This document shows, piece by piece, positions 1 to 28,326 of a stretch of 64,000 bases of DNA (positions are counted from its first letter, which is position 1; each line of letters begins with the position of its first letter). The notes under the pieces are model-generated. The model saw only the letters and a program-made list of their open reading frames with translations. It searched no databases and had not been told where the DNA came from. The stretch comes from Macrostomum lignano (taxonomy: Eukaryota), in assembly GCA_002269645.1 (NCBI GenBank), contig NIVC01000108.1, forward strand, positions 186,001 through 250,000, in the 5' to 3' direction. The position numbers were made by a program, and so were the translations under genes.

Positions 1-7
1 GCTTTAG

Positions 8-2013
<2,006 letters not shown>

Positions 2014-4437
2014 CAAATGACCCACAAATCGGTTCCGTGCATAGTCAAAGACTTTTTGTACTTTTCCTGAATGCTAAGATTTTTGCAGCTCTGGTTGCAT
2101 TTACTCTACTGAAGTCTTTGTATCAGCTGCTTGTGCTGCCAGTCAATGTCCAACTACAAGTCTATGTGCAACTAAAAATGATGTTGCGTGTTTACTCAGC
2201 AAGTCTGTGCTATATACGTGCTACTAATGGTGTTTCCTGTCTACTTAGTATAGGAAGTCTTTGTGCTGGCTACTCGTTTATGTTGTGTGTCCTTTTAGAA
2301 AGTTTTTGCACCATTCGAAGTCATGCAAGTTCACGTGATCTCATAAGGTCATGCAAGCTTTTGCGATCTCGCGCGGAGTCATCCAAGATCACGGAAGGTC
2401 GGTGTTGACCTTCCCATAAATCAAGACAGCCCGTGTTGAATTTCTTGAGATTGCTTTCCTTTGTCACAATTCTGTAATCCCGCATCCCGAGCTGAAGTGC
2501 TCAAGCATTTTCCTTGAGATTCCCCGCCTCTCTCCAGTCTCTCCGCCTCCCTAATCAATTTTCAGTTGCCAGCCTTCGCTTTTAATCCGGCTCAGCCGAG
2601 ACGCGAAGGATAATCCAGGTAAAACAAAAATGTAGCTTTCCAGGAATTCTCGCCCGGTCCAAAACCGGCGCTTTTTTGCGCTGCAGCCGCAGCCTCCGAA
2701 GCTTAAAAGCCCCCCTCTTCCTGTGTTGACTTCGGTTTCAAACTTGCCAAGGAAACCCAAACGGAATATGAGCGATCGAATGCCTGCAATTTCACCACTT
2801 GCTTTGGATACTGAACTAGCTCAATTCTGCTCCTTCATCTATTCATGCTAAAAGACTAAAGCTAGTAGTTGATTTTGACTCCCTTCCGTACACTTGGAAT
2901 GCTCCCTAAATAAGAGAGTTTTTATCTGTTTGGAATTAATAATTTACCGGAACCAAGTACAATACGATATCCATTCGTGACATATTGTAAATTTTGGGTA
3001 GCAAAACCTTGAACTATTTGTGGTCTTTCTGTGTTCCAAAACAGAAACTGCTTCAACTGACCTTCGCCTTGTACTCACTCTGTCGGGGCGGAGAGCAATG
3101 CAAGTCAGCAGCATTTGAGACCGCCGAGTTGTTCAACGAATCCTTCGAGAAGACCGGATTTTATGCAAAAAAATCTAGGATTTTTCACATTTAGTCTTTA
3201 CTGAATAACGGGTCCTCTCTTGAGTCCGCATGCGTGCGAATTTTGCTTCCAAAGCACCGGGGATTTACTTGCAGGGCTCTGCATGGAAAGAAATCTGGCC
3301 AAGACCAATGAGGTCCAACCTATACGATACCAGGAGTGCTCAGGACTGCTCAGGACTGCTTGTCCCGACGCTGGCACGGTCGGCTGTCGCTCCGAAATGC
3401 GGCAGAGACCAGAGCCGCATGCGAGCTGACTGGCGGGAAGATTTCAATCAAAGTGAAGCAACACTTCTACGTAACAACATCGAGCAACCCAAAGGAGAGC
3501 CTTTGAGTAATTTATTGAGGCTGCGCGAGCAGAGAAATCAGGAAATAGCGTCTCGTATTCGAATTTTCTTTCCACAGCGGTGTAGCCAAGCAAAGGCCGA
3601 CTTTCTTCCGACTTTGCCGGAAATTCGAATTCGAAGCTCCACAAGCGTCAAGTCCTGCGAGCAAATCAAAATGATACCGCTTTGATACATCTTCTCTCTC
3701 CCCCCGTTTCTTTAATTTTCCATTGCTACTGTGCTGCCGGCAAGGATAATTATCCTCAGATTATAATCTTCAGAGTGGCTCTGACGAAAGTAACATTCAA
3801 GGACAAATATTTCTTTTTAATATTCTAGCCCACAGAAAAATAATTCAGTACGTCACCGTGCAGACTCACGGCTGTACTTTTCAACTTTCGACATTTTCGC
3901 CTATTGAATATATAAACTATAGGGCTTCAGCAGCGTCTGTTTGGGCAGCAAAACACGGCGGGATTGATGTTGCCTGCCAGCTGGAGTCGCCAACGGCGGC
4001 GCGAAAGCCGTTGAAGGCGTCAAAACTTTCTATTCGAAGGAGTTCCAGCTGAATCTCAAGAAGGATGGAGCAGGACGATCTCGACCGCCTAGAGAACAAA
4101 ACGAGTCCATATGGACTATTTAGTGTTATGGGTAGGCTGAAGCACAGGGCTGCATCACGTCCGCGTATAAAGCTTGAAGCCTTCTTCTCCTGGTGGGTGG
4201 GGTAGAAAATCGGATTCAAAAAGTTTTACAGTTTCAGAATTAACCAGTGTTTCCCTGGCAATCAACACTAGAACCAGAGGAAGATATTAGCGGCTTAGAT
4301 AATGAGTGAGATTGAGTTTGTGCAGCAACTGGGACACCGTGATCCTGGTGAAGATGTTAATCAGTGGACTGGTCTGAGCGTAAGACAGCGCCGTCCTTGC
4401 ATGTTACTTTAGTCAGAGCTACTCAGAAGATTATCCG

Positions 4438-4613
4438 TGCAGGCAGTTGTCGCTGCAGGCAGTTGTCGCTGCAGGCAGTTGTCGCTGCAGGCAGTTGTCG
4501 CTGCAGGCAGTTGTCGCTGCAGGCAGTTGTCGCTGCAGGCAGTTGTCGCTGCAGGCAGTTGTCGCTGCAGGCAGTTGTCGCTGCAGGCAGTTGTCGCTGC
4601 AGGCAGTTGTCGC
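4438..4613. repeat. 16-bp tandem repeat GCAGGCAGTTGTCGCT, about 11 copies
   Basis: Direct reading. Confidence 0.95.
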
Positions 4614-5772
4614 TTGGCTCGTGTGCTTGGCTCTCGCAGAGAAATATGCTATGGAAAAAAGTGATCCTAGTTTACCCATGCTTAAATCAGTCGTGAGCAG
4701 ATTCGCTTTGACCTTAGACAGTGATGTCAGTGAATGGCAAACAAATGTAGGGCGTTTTAATCGCGTTGAATCACCAAAATCACCCTACTTTACACTGCAA
4801 ATCCTTTTTGTACTTCATGAAGCCAAGTCTCCAAACCAATGGACCCAAATTCTCAAATTGTTTGCTCTATAGACCCACATTTTGAGCCATAGCCAATGAA
4901 AAGCCATTCTTCAACTGCTTTATTCTCCCACACCAAGGATTGGATTGCCTGCTCTAAGGCTCAATTGGCTTGGAAAGTGCTTATGTTATGCTTGAAGCAC
5001 ACTGAAAACTATATATTTTCAAGAATAGGCCGTGAATTTCTCAAGATTCTACTGTGCAAAATACACAGTAGCCTGTTAAGCGCATACTCAGCAAAATTAG
5101 TCGGGCGGATAAAAGTCCACTGCTGCTGCCGTGCAAGGAGAATGGGGGCAGGGGTGGCGCCTGGAACCGGTTCCGAGCCGGTCCGGGGGGGGGGGCTGAG
5201 TACGCTGTCGAAGGCCCGCGCGCAGAGAGGGAGGGGGTGGTCGGCCAAAGCCAGTCGGGGCCGGTCCGGGGCCGCCCCCACCCCCCAAAATCTTATTTAG
5301 GAAGGCGGCGCCCCACCCCCTCGCGCCCGGGAGGGAGAGAGCGAGAGGGCGTACAAGCGAGGCCAGCACGACACGAGGCATTAGAGAACGCTGGCCAACC
5401 AAAATTCCCTGCATAGTGTAAGTTGCACGCAATGCATCCTGTTGTTACCGATTCAATCTGATCACATTTTTTTATTATTAATTCAATTTTTAATCAAATT
5501 TATGCATGACTAAGGCACCTTTATATTATGACCCGTAATTTAGTATTAAATATTTGTACGTTTTATTATGAAGCGATTATTAATAATTAATCAGCATAAA
5601 AATTGTTCACTTTTCTTTTATAATGCTTTAATAATGACACCAAGGCATTGTTGCACTTGAAAACAGACTTTAAACAGCATTACGAGTTACTCGCATCCCC
5701 TGCCGCCTGCATCGCTGACTCCCAAAGACGCCAAAATAATCCCCAAGCACCGCCGCTCCGCAGCCGCTGACC

Positions 5773-7170
5773 ATGGCGCTGCTCCCAGACCTCCGCTCCG
5801 GCCCGCTGCTGGACGGCGAGGAATTTCAAATTGACAGCGACAGCGAGAACGGCGACGCCGACATCCCGACGCCCTGCGCGACGCCCACCGGGGAGGAGGG
5901 CGAGGCGGCAGCTGAGCCTCGCCGAGGCCTCCTGGGCCGCATCGCCTTCCTGGAGGCGGAGGCCGAGAAGCTCATTGAGCACAGCCGCGGCTGCCGCGGC
6001 CACGCTGATGAGATGCAGTCCCTGCTGGCCCGGCTGCACGACCAGAAGGCCGCCCTGCAGCGCCTGCTGGGAGCCGGCGACGCTGGTCCCGAGCTCGATT
6101 CCTGGGAGGAACCCTGCGACCTGACCGAGCACACGGCTCGGGCCTACCTGCAGTGGCTGCGCCGCCTGCTGCACGACCTGTCGCAGGCGGTGGACCAGGC
6201 GGCCAGCGGGGCCGTCCTCGCTTCCGCCAGTGCCGCAGGCGCCACCGCGCCCCGCCTGAGCGGCCGGCGTCGGCGAGACGCGCCCAGCCGGATCTTCCCG
6301 AACCTCGAGGCGCTGGACATCGCCGCTGTTGACAATGGATCCGGCGACGTCTTTCATCAGCCTGGCGAGGCCGGCGACTTGCGCGACTCGCCGGGCGAGG
6401 GCGGCACCGGCTGGGAGCCGCTGCCCCGCCAGGCGCTCTACTGTGTGGTTGGCGACGCCCGCCGCGTCACCGTCGTGGGCCTGGGTGGGCAGCTGCTAGC
6501 GCGGACGCGGCTGCGCGGCGGCGGCTGCGACGAGCAGGAGGCGGAGGCGGGCAGCAACCTGGAGCGGATCAACTATCTGCGCTGCTCCGGCCGGCTGCTC
6601 CTGTCGGACAACCAGAGCCTGTACATCTGCGACCGCTGCTGCCGCGTGCTCCGCTGCCTGCACGGCTTCAGCTGGGTTGTTGGGCACTGCGTTGACGAGC
6701 CGGCCGACCGGCTGTACATCGTGGACCGCGTCAACGAGTTCTTGTCCGTGTACGGCCTGGCCAGACTTGGGGAGCTCGACCGCCTCGCTCACCGCGACTT
6801 CACCGACGGCATCAGCTCGGTGACGGCCCTGGCCCGCACTCTGTTCGTTGCCGATCGCGGCGCCAACGCCATCTTCGCCTTCGAGACCGAGTCGCTGCAG
6901 CTGGCCTTCCGGGTGCCGCTGCGAAGCCCGCTGTTCATCACTTCAGACTGGCGCGGCGGCTGCCTCTACGTCACCGTGGGCGGCCGGGACAACACCGTGC
7001 GGATGCTGGACGGCCAGGGCCAGCTGCGCCGCTCCCTGTCCGGCGGCCGCGGCTCGCAGCCCGGACAGTTCGGCTCGCCTGGTGGCCTCACCGTCTCTCT
7101 GGACGGCACGGAGCTGTTCGTGTGCGACCTGGACAACCGGAGGGTGCAGGTGTTCGGGCTGGGGGGCTGA
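5773..7170 (+). CDS. Intronless NHL-repeat (beta-propeller) protein with an N-terminal acidic and coiled-coil region, 465 aa
   Basis: accATGG start, GC3-rich codons, NHL signature GQFGSPGGLTVSLDGTELFVCDLDNRRVQVF plus degenerate repeats (LYIVD, LFVAD, LYVT). No RING or B-box seen. Confidence 0.85.
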   Translation: MALLPDLRSGPLLDGEEFQIDSDSENGDADIPTPCATPTGEEGEAAAEPRRGLLGRIAFLEAEAEKLIEHSRGCRGHADEMQSLLARLHDQKAALQRLLGAGDAGPELDSWEEPCDLTEHTARAYLQWLRRLLHDLSQAVDQAASGAVLASASAAGATAPRLSGRRRRDAPSRIFPNLEALDIAAVDNGSGDVFHQPGEAGDLRDSPGEGGTGWEPLPRQALYCVVGDARRVTVVGLGGQLLARTRLRGGGCDEQEAEAGSNLERINYLRCSGRLLLSDNQSLYICDRCCRVLRCLHGFSWVVGHCVDEPADRLYIVDRVNEFLSVYGLARLGELDRLAHRDFTDGISSVTALARTLFVADRGANAIFAFETESLQLAFRVPLRSPLFITSDWRGGCLYVTVGGRDNTVRMLDGQGQLRRSLSGGRGSQPGQFGSPGGLTVSLDGTELFVCDLDNRRVQVFGLGG

Positions 7171-7250
7171 GCTGATCGCGTGCGACCTGAGGCTGGGTCT
7201 GTGTGCGACTGGCTTGTGGGACTGGGAATTCGTTCAGTTCCTGTAGATTG

Positions 7251-7627
7251 TCTAGATTAGCAATCCATTCTATTCCTGCACCCATGATAGGCTAGATTAG
7301 CAATCCATTCTATTCCTGCATCCATGATAGGCTAGATTAGCAATCCATCCTATTCCTGCACCCATGACAGGCTAGATTAGCAATCCATTCTATTCCTGCA
7401 TCCATGATAGGCTAGATTAGCAATCCATTCTATTCCTGCATCCATGATAGGCTAGATTAGCAATCCATTCTATTCCTGCATCCATGATAGGCTAGATTAG
7501 CAATCCATTCTATTCCTGCACCCATGATAGGCTAGATTAGCAATCCATCCTACTCCTGCATCCATGATAGGCTAGATTAGCAATCCATTCTATTCCTGCA
7601 TCCATGATAGGCTAGATTAGCAATCCA
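7251..7627. repeat. 40-bp satellite, locus 1 of 3 (CCATGATAGGCTAGATTAGCAATCCATTCTATTCCTGCA[C/T]), about 9 copies
   Basis: Same unit at 22106-23749 and 53515-53845. Confidence 0.97.
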
Positions 7628-7997
7628 CCAATCCCAGTCGCACGCAGGCTCTGCTTGAATGCTAGAATATGAGTGATTGCACGTTGCAGGGCAGTTCCCA
7701 AGTCCCAAGCCTCCGCAGCCCGATCCCTTCTCAATCCAAATCGAGCGCATTTGTTTAATCTGCGGCAATGCAGAGCGTAGCTGCATTCGCATTCGCAATA
7801 GCGCCATTGTTGTACAACCCAGGGTCGCACGGAGCAACTTCAACTATGAACCCCATTTTTATGCTTTTCATGCGCGAGTATTGTGTTGCTAGGGCCGTTG
7901 GCTTAATGACATCGGTTACATAACAGATTTAAGATCATAGGGGTCCTTCAGGCTGAGTTAGGGTCAAAGGCGGGCTAAGAGTGTTGAGTTTTGCATT

Positions 7998-9476
7998 TTT
8001 TAGGGTCATTGAGATTGGTTCTGTCAGATTTAGGGTCATTGGCATTGATTCTGTCAGCTTTAGGGTCATTGGCATTGATTCTGTCAGATTTAGGGTCATT
8101 GACATTGGTTCTGTCAGATTTAGGGTCATTGACATTGGTTCTGTCAGATTTAGGGTCATTGGCATTGATTCTGTCAGCTTTAGGGTCATTGACATTGATT
8201 CTGTCAGCTTTAAGGTCATTGACATTGATTCTGTCAGCTTTAGGGTCATTGACATTGGTTCTGTCAGATTTAGGGTCATTGGCATTGATTCTGTCAGCTT
8301 TAAGGTCATTGACATTGACTCTGTCAGCTTTAGGGTCATTGACATTGATTCTGTCAGCTTTAGGGTCATTGACATTGATTCTGTCAGCTTTAGGGTCATT
8401 GACATTGACTCTGTCAGATTTAGGGTCATTGACATTGGTTCTGTCAGATTTAAGGTCATTGACATTGGTTCTGTCAGCTTTAGGGTCATTGGCATTGATT
8501 CTGTCAGCTTTAGGGTCATTGGCATTGATTCTGTCAGATTTAGGGTCATTGACATTGGTTCTGTCAGATTTAGGGTCATTGACATTGGTTCTGTCAGATT
8601 TAAGGTCATTAACATTGGTTCTGTCAGCTTTAGGGTCATTGGCATTGATTCTGTCAGCTTTAGGGTCATTGGCATTGATTCTGTCAGCTTTAGGGTCATT
8701 GACATTGACTCTGTCAGCTTTAGGGTCATTGACATTGATTCTGTCAGCTTTAGGGTCATTGACATTGACTCTGTCAGCTTTAGGGTCATTGGCATTGATT
8801 CTGTCAGATTTAGGGTCATTGACATTGGTTCTGTCAGATTTAGGGTCATTGACATTGGTTCTGTCAGATTTAAGGTCATTGACATTGGTTCTGTCAGCTT
8901 TAGGGTCATTGACATTGATTCTGTCAGATTTAAGGTCATTGACATTGATTCTGTCAGATTTAGGGTCATTGGCATTGATTCTGTCAGATTTAAGGTCATT
9001 GACATTGATTCTGTCAGATTTAGGGTCATTGGCATTGATTCTGTCAGCTTTAGGGTCATTGGCATTGATTCTGTCAGCTTTAGGGTCATTGACATTGATT
9101 CTGTCAGCTTTAGGGTCATTGACATTGACTCTGTCAGCTTTAGGGTCATTGACATTGATTCTGTCAGCTTTAGGGTCATTGACATTGACTCTGTCAGCTT
9201 TAGGGTCATTGACATTGGTTCTGTCAGATTTAGGGTCATTGACATTGGTTCTGTCAGATTTAGGGTCATTGACATTGGTTCTGTCAGATTTAAGGTCATT
9301 GACATTGGTTCTGTCAGCTTTAGGGTCATTGACATTGATTCTGTCAGATTTAAGGTCATTGACATTGATTCTGTCAGCTTTAGGGTCATTGACATTGATT
9401 CTGTCAGATTTAAGGTCATTGACATTGACACTGGCTCTGTCAGATTTAAGGTCATTGACATTGGTTCTGTCAGAAT
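7998..9476. repeat. 30-bp minisatellite containing TTAGGG (TTTAGGGTCATTGACATTGATTCTGTCAGA), about 49 copies
   Basis: Direct reading; accounts for ORFs 7935-9507. Confidence 0.97.
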
Positions 9477-9803
9477 TAGTTTCTTTGACACTGGATTAAG
9501 GCGTTAGTGTACTTTTTCATCTTTGCTATCGATTTAGTCAGATTTTGATTGCACTCATTTGCTTCTGTAGTTGAATATCTGTAGTATTAAATTGCTGTAA
9601 TTACTTTTCCTGTCTGTGCTTTACTAATAACTATGCTAGAAGATCATTATGTACAGTTAATGCACCGCTGTCAGTTGGTCAGCTCTGCAAGCTACTGCTG
9701 CTAGTTAGCTAATGCCTGGCTGATTTCACTCAAGCCTGGAACTGGAAGGCTGGCAAAATGTTTATTGTTTTCCTATTTTCCAACCTCTGATCTTTTGGTC
9801 ATA

Positions 9804-10510
9804 CTTTAGGCGGATTCCGTGGCCATAGACACCAGTTTAGGCAGATTCTGTGGCCATAGACAACAGTTTAGGCAGATTCCGTGGCCATAGACACCAGTTT
9901 AGGCAGATCCTGTGGCCATAGACACCAGTTTAGGCAGATCCTGTGGCCATAGACACCAGTTTAGGCAGATTCTGTGGCCATAGACACCAGTTTAGGCAGA
10001 TTCTGTGGCCATAGACACCAGTTTAGGCAGATTCTGTGGCCATAGACACCAGTTTAGGCAGATTCCGTGGCCATAGACACCAGTTTAGGCAGATTCCGTG
10101 GCCATAGACACCAGTTTAGGCAGATTCTGTGGCCATAGACACCAGTTTAGGGAGATTCCGTGGCCATAGACACCAGTTTAGGCGGATTCCGTGGCCATAG
10201 ACACCAGTTTAGGCAGATTCTGTGGCCATAGACACCAGTTTAGGCAGATTCTGTGGCCATAGACACCAGTTTAGGCAGATTCCGTGGCCATAGACACCAG
10301 TTTAGGCAGATCCTGTGGCCATAGACACCAGTTTAGGCAGATTCTGTGGCCATAGACACCAGTTTAGGCAGATTCCGTGGCCATAGACACCAGTTTAGGC
10401 AGATCCTGTGGCCATAGACACCAGTTTAGGCAGATTCTGTGGCCATAGACACCAGTTTAGGCAGATTCCGTGGCCATAGACACTGCAGTTTAGGCAGATT
10501 CTGTGGCCAA
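9804..10510. repeat. 31-bp minisatellite GTGGCCATAGACACCAGTTTAGGCAGATTCT, about 22 copies
   Basis: Direct reading. Confidence 0.97.
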
Positions 10511-11343
10511 GGACAGGTTTTGTTTTGTCCTGACTTTAGCCAGGAAGTTCTCCAAGTACTTAATGCGTTCGATAACAATGTCGATACAGTGAATTAAAAC
10601 AAATTTTCGAGTACGCAAAATACGCTAAGTGGTTGCTTATTGCGCCCAGAGCCTCAGTGAGATTGCATTGTGTTTTAAGCCGCTTTTTCGTGCTCCCCGG
10701 TTGCCCCAGAGGGCGGCACGCTCCTGATTTATTACTGTCTGCAAGTCGCTCTTATCAAAGCAGAGAGCCGGCCAGCTCAGGCTCATCGAGTGGACTTTCC
10801 GATTTCTTTGCCGGCTGAGATTTCCAGAAATTTCTAACTGGCACCCGCCTGTCCTCATTTAGTGAAGTTGCAATGCAAATACCGACTGAATGTTTTAAAC
10901 ACGCTACTGACACTGCTTATAGCGCGAGTAGGAAATCGGAACATTTGTTGATATTTCTTATCAGAAATTAATATTCTGACATTAGAAATAGGAGTAAAAA
11001 TAGAATTCAGGGTAGGATAATAACAGTATTTATAACTTAGACGATAGCAGGGGCAAAGAGCTGAAGGCATTATAAGAACTGCATGTGTTGGCAGGAAACG
11101 CTGGTGCAGTCATGTAGGCGCATGTACATGTAATTCTCTATAATCCTTTAACTAGTTGGTGCATGCTGGTCTCGGAGATCGGCAGGATTACCGTTCCCTG
11201 TACAAGCTGTGCGGAACGAATTCTGGTGCGCGCAGATCCGTGACAGTTCAGGCTAGCAACCCAGACAGCTGTTTTAGCGATTTTCGTGCCTGAAACCCGT
11301 GAGCATGGTGCATTGTACGGTTGTACACAGCAGCCCTTCCATC

Positions 11344-11610
11344 GACAGTTGTACATGCACATGTACATGCACACAGCAGCCTCTTTATGGACAGTTGTAC
11401 ATGCACACAGCAGCCTCTTTATGGACAGTTGTACATGCACACAGCAACCCATTCATGGACAGTTGTACATGCACACAGCAGCCCATTCACGGACAGTTGT
11501 ACATGCACATAGCAACCCCTTCATGGACAGTTGTACATGCACATAGCAACCCCTTCATGGACAGTTGTACATGCACACAGCAGCCCATTCATGGACAGTT
11601 GTACATGCAC
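11344..11610. repeat. About 34-bp minisatellite GGACAGTTGTACATGCACACAGCAGCCTCTTTAT, downstream of the copine stop (probable 3' UTR)
   Basis: Direct reading. Confidence 0.92.
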
Positions 11611-11778
11611 ATGTGCCTCTCGGATCCATGGACATGCTTACCATCAAGAACGATCAAGGACCCCAAGGATTTCAGCGGCAAAGGATCGAAGTCAATCAAA
11701 AAAGCAACAAGAGGGAAAAGTGACCATTGCCGCATATTCAGTAAAACAGTTTTCAAACGAGGCTCCTCCAGTGACGGC

Positions 11779-25298
<13,520 letters not shown>

Positions 25299-25409
25299 CT
25301 TGCCTTCCACCGCGGTCTGCGCCACCGCCGGGCCGGGCCTGCCGGGCTCCAGACTGTCCGGCACTGCGCGTCCTTTGTTAATTTCCTTGTCTGTTTCCCT
25401 CTGTTCTTG

Positions 25410-25602
25410 TCTCTCCCGTCTGTCCTGTCCTGTCTGTCCTGTCTGTCCTGTCTGTCCTGTCTGTCCTGTCTGTCTTGTCTGTCCTGTCTGTCCTGTCTGT
25501 CCTGTCTGTCCTGTCCTGTCCTGTCTGTCCTATCTGTCCTGTTTGTCCTGTCTGTCCTGTCTGTCCTGTCTGTCTTGTCCTGCCTGTCCTGCCTGTCCTG
25601 TC
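25410..25602. repeat. TGTCC / TGTCCTGTC simple repeat
   Basis: Direct reading. Confidence 0.9.
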
Positions 25603-26127
25603 TACGCTGCCTCGTCAGCTCCGTCCAGCCCTCACCTCAGTTCAGTGCTCAGCTTTTTGACTGCAAGCTGGGCGCCCCCCAGAGCTCTGTCCCCATTGGT
25701 TGGCCTCATTCCCCAGCTTCCGGGAGCGTACAGATATCCCTCACTGGGATCTTTTTACAGCGCTTGCATTGACTCTCCAGCTTAAATAGGCAGGAATCGC
25801 CCCGGGGGATCAGTCAGCAGGATAGGCCAAGTTTCAAGCTATTTTCATGACATTTACAGCGTCCTCTCTTGTCTTTGAATTTTGAATTGTAGAAAGACTG
25901 TAATGGCTCGTACCATATACGAGTTAAATTTTCAATTCCTGGAATTGAATCGACGTTTTCATGTTACGCGTAATCAAAGTGGGAATGCGAGTAACTACAT
26001 TTATGCTGCTTAAAGGGAAAAAGCAGCAGAGAAGCGGAGACGAGTCCCAGCCAATCAGTGAACCGCTGGGGCAGAAAGACACTAAACGGAGAGAAGACCC
26101 TAAATTGAAAGAGGGAGAGAACTGGGG

Positions 26128-26330
26128 TCGGGTCCCAGGCAATCAGGAGCCTTCTGGGACAGAAAGGCACTAAAGGGAGAGAGAGAGGGAGATGACCAGA
26201 GCCGGGTCCCAGCCAATCAGGAGCCTTCTGGGACAGAAAGGCACTAAAGGGAGAGAGAGAGGGAGATGACCAGAGCCGGGTCCCAGCCAATCAGGGGCCT
26301 TCTGGGACAGAAAGGCACTAAATGGAGAGA
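26128..26330. repeat. About 72-bp repeat, about 2.7 copies, each carrying (C)CAATCAG
   Basis: GGGTCCCAGCCAATCAGGAGCCTTCTGGGACAGAAAGGCACTAAAGGGAGAG... Confidence 0.88.
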
Positions 26331-26939
26331 GAGGAAGAGAACCGGGACGGTGTCGCTGCCAGAAGCCGAAAAAGTCGAAAGAAAAGCATGAGTAAAAGAA
26401 GTCATTAGAGCGAATATCAGGCTTGTGACTTAAATTCAGTTTAACAGTGGCTTGATTTCCATAACATTTAATAGTATTTTGCTCGAAGCTGTTTCATGAA
26501 TTACTACATAGAGAAGGGGAATAGAAGTTGCTAACCAAAGCACTGAAGGCGGGTTAAAGTGCAAATTCAGGTTTTTCTACTTTCCGCTCGCTCCAGCTGC
26601 CCCTCTCATAGTCTGCGCGAGGCCATTGTTGCCATGCTCCTCCATCGCGAGCAACAATGCTCCAGGTAGTGGGGGAGATATTTCTGCGGAAATCCCCGTT
26701 CCCATTCAGGCCCGGCCGAAATGCAAATCTCCGGCCAGACTCCCCCCACCAATTTCCTGCGGGAGTCTCCAGCAGCCGGCTCTGCGTAGCCCAAGTTTTT
26801 CTACCCAGGGGGATGGCGAGCTCAGGTGCTGCCTGGCTTTGCAGTGGAAAAGTTTTGGAGAAATATCCCAGTTTGCTGACTTTTCTGCTTTACAATGCCT
26901 TTTCTGTTCATGTCAGTTTCTATCCGCTCCTTCAGGTGT

Positions 26940-27728
26940 TCTTGTCTGTTCCTGTCTGCTCCTGTCTGTTCCTGTCTGTTCCTGTCTGTTCCTGTCTGCT
27001 CCTATCCGCTCTTTCTGTTCCTGTCGGCTCCTATCCGCTCCTTCTGTTCCTGTCTGCTTTTGTCTGTTCCTGTCTGTTCCTGTCTGTTCCTGTCTGTTCC
27101 TGTCTGTTCCTGTCTGTTCCTGTCTGTTCCTGTCTGTTCCTGTCTGTTCCTGTCTGTTCCTGTCTGTTCCTGTCTGTTCCTGTCTGTTCCTGTCTGTTCC
27201 TCTCTGCTCCTGTCTGTTCCTGTCTGTTCCTGTCTGTTCCTGTCTGTTCCTGTCTGTTCCTGTCTGTTCCTGTCTGTTCCTGTCTGTTCCTGTCTGTTCC
27301 TGTCTGTTCCTGTCTGTTCCTCTCTGCTCCTGTCTGTTCCTGTCTGTTCCTGTCTGTTCCTCTCTGCTCCTGTCTGTTCCTGTCTGTTCCTGTCTGTTCC
27401 TGTCTGTTCCTGTCTGTTCCTGTCTGTTCCTGTCTGTTCCTGTCTGTTCCTCTCTGTTCCTGTCTGTTCCTGTCTGTTCCTGTCTGTTCCTGTCTGTTCC
27501 TGTCTGTTCCTGTCTGTTCCTCTCTGTTCCTGTCTGTTCCTGTCTGTTCCTCTCTGTTCCTGTCTGTTCCTGTCTGTTCCTGTCTGTTCCTCTCTGTTCC
27601 TGTCTGTTCCTGTCTGTTCCTGTCTGTTCCTGTCTGTTCCTGTCTGTTCCTGTCTGTTCCTCTCTGTTCCTGTCTGTTCCTGTCTGTTCCTCTCTGTTCC
27701 GGTCTGTTCATGTCTGTTCCTGTCTGCT
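26940..27728. repeat. 10-bp repeat TGTCTGTTCC
   Basis: Direct reading; accounts for ORFs 26626-27754. Confidence 0.97.
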
Positions 27729-27988
27729 CAAAAATGTCTGTTAATATAAGATAAAGCTGAGCACTGCTGCACCAAAGTGAAATGAGAGAATTGTAAAAAT
27801 TTGATTCTCTTAAGCTGAGAAAATAATAGCAAAATCAGGAGACTTTATATTTAGGTGAGACAACACCAGTGTGTGTTGTATGTGCTTATTTAAATTACAA
27901 AATTTACCTTTCAGTTTAACCATAAAACAACAAAATTCAATACTGAATCACTACTCATCAATGAACTTCTCCATAAGTACCTAAACGG

Positions 27989-28326
27989 CTGACCCCCAAG
28001 TCAGCAGCTCCGGTCAGGCCCTGACCCCCAAGTCAGCAGCTCCGGTCAGGCCCTGACCCCCAAGTCAGCAGCTCCGGTCAGGCCCTGACCCCCAAGTCAG
28101 CAGCTCCGGTCAGGCCCTGACCCCCAAGTCAGCAGCTCCGGTCAGGCCCTGACCCCCAAGTCAGCAGCTCCGGTCAGGCCCTGACCCCCAAGTCAGCAGC
28201 TCCGGTCAGGCCCTGACCCCCAAGTCAGCAGCTCCGGTCAGGCCCTGACCCCCAAGTCAGCAGCTCCGGTCAGGCCCTGACCCCCAAGTCAGCAGCTCCG
28301 GTCAGGCCCTGACCCCCAAGTCAGCG
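27989..28326. repeat. 32-bp repeat CTGACCCCCAAGTCAGCAGCTCCGGTCAGGCC, about 10 copies, overlapping the TRP stop codon
   Basis: Direct reading. Confidence 0.96.

Noticed and set aside
2400-5400. Short ORFs between the ankyrin and NHL genes (e.g. 3230-3685, 4896-5300)
   Set aside because: No recognisable motifs, no GC3 bias, and no consistent exon chain found
7168-7246. Selenocysteine readthrough at TGA stops (NHL, copine, AlkB)
   Set aside because: No redox-motif context and no SECIS-like element identified
7935-9507. 500-aa ORFs in three frames (MSMTLNLTES etc.)
   Set aside because: A stop-free 30-bp minisatellite; no unique flanking coding sequence or signal peptide
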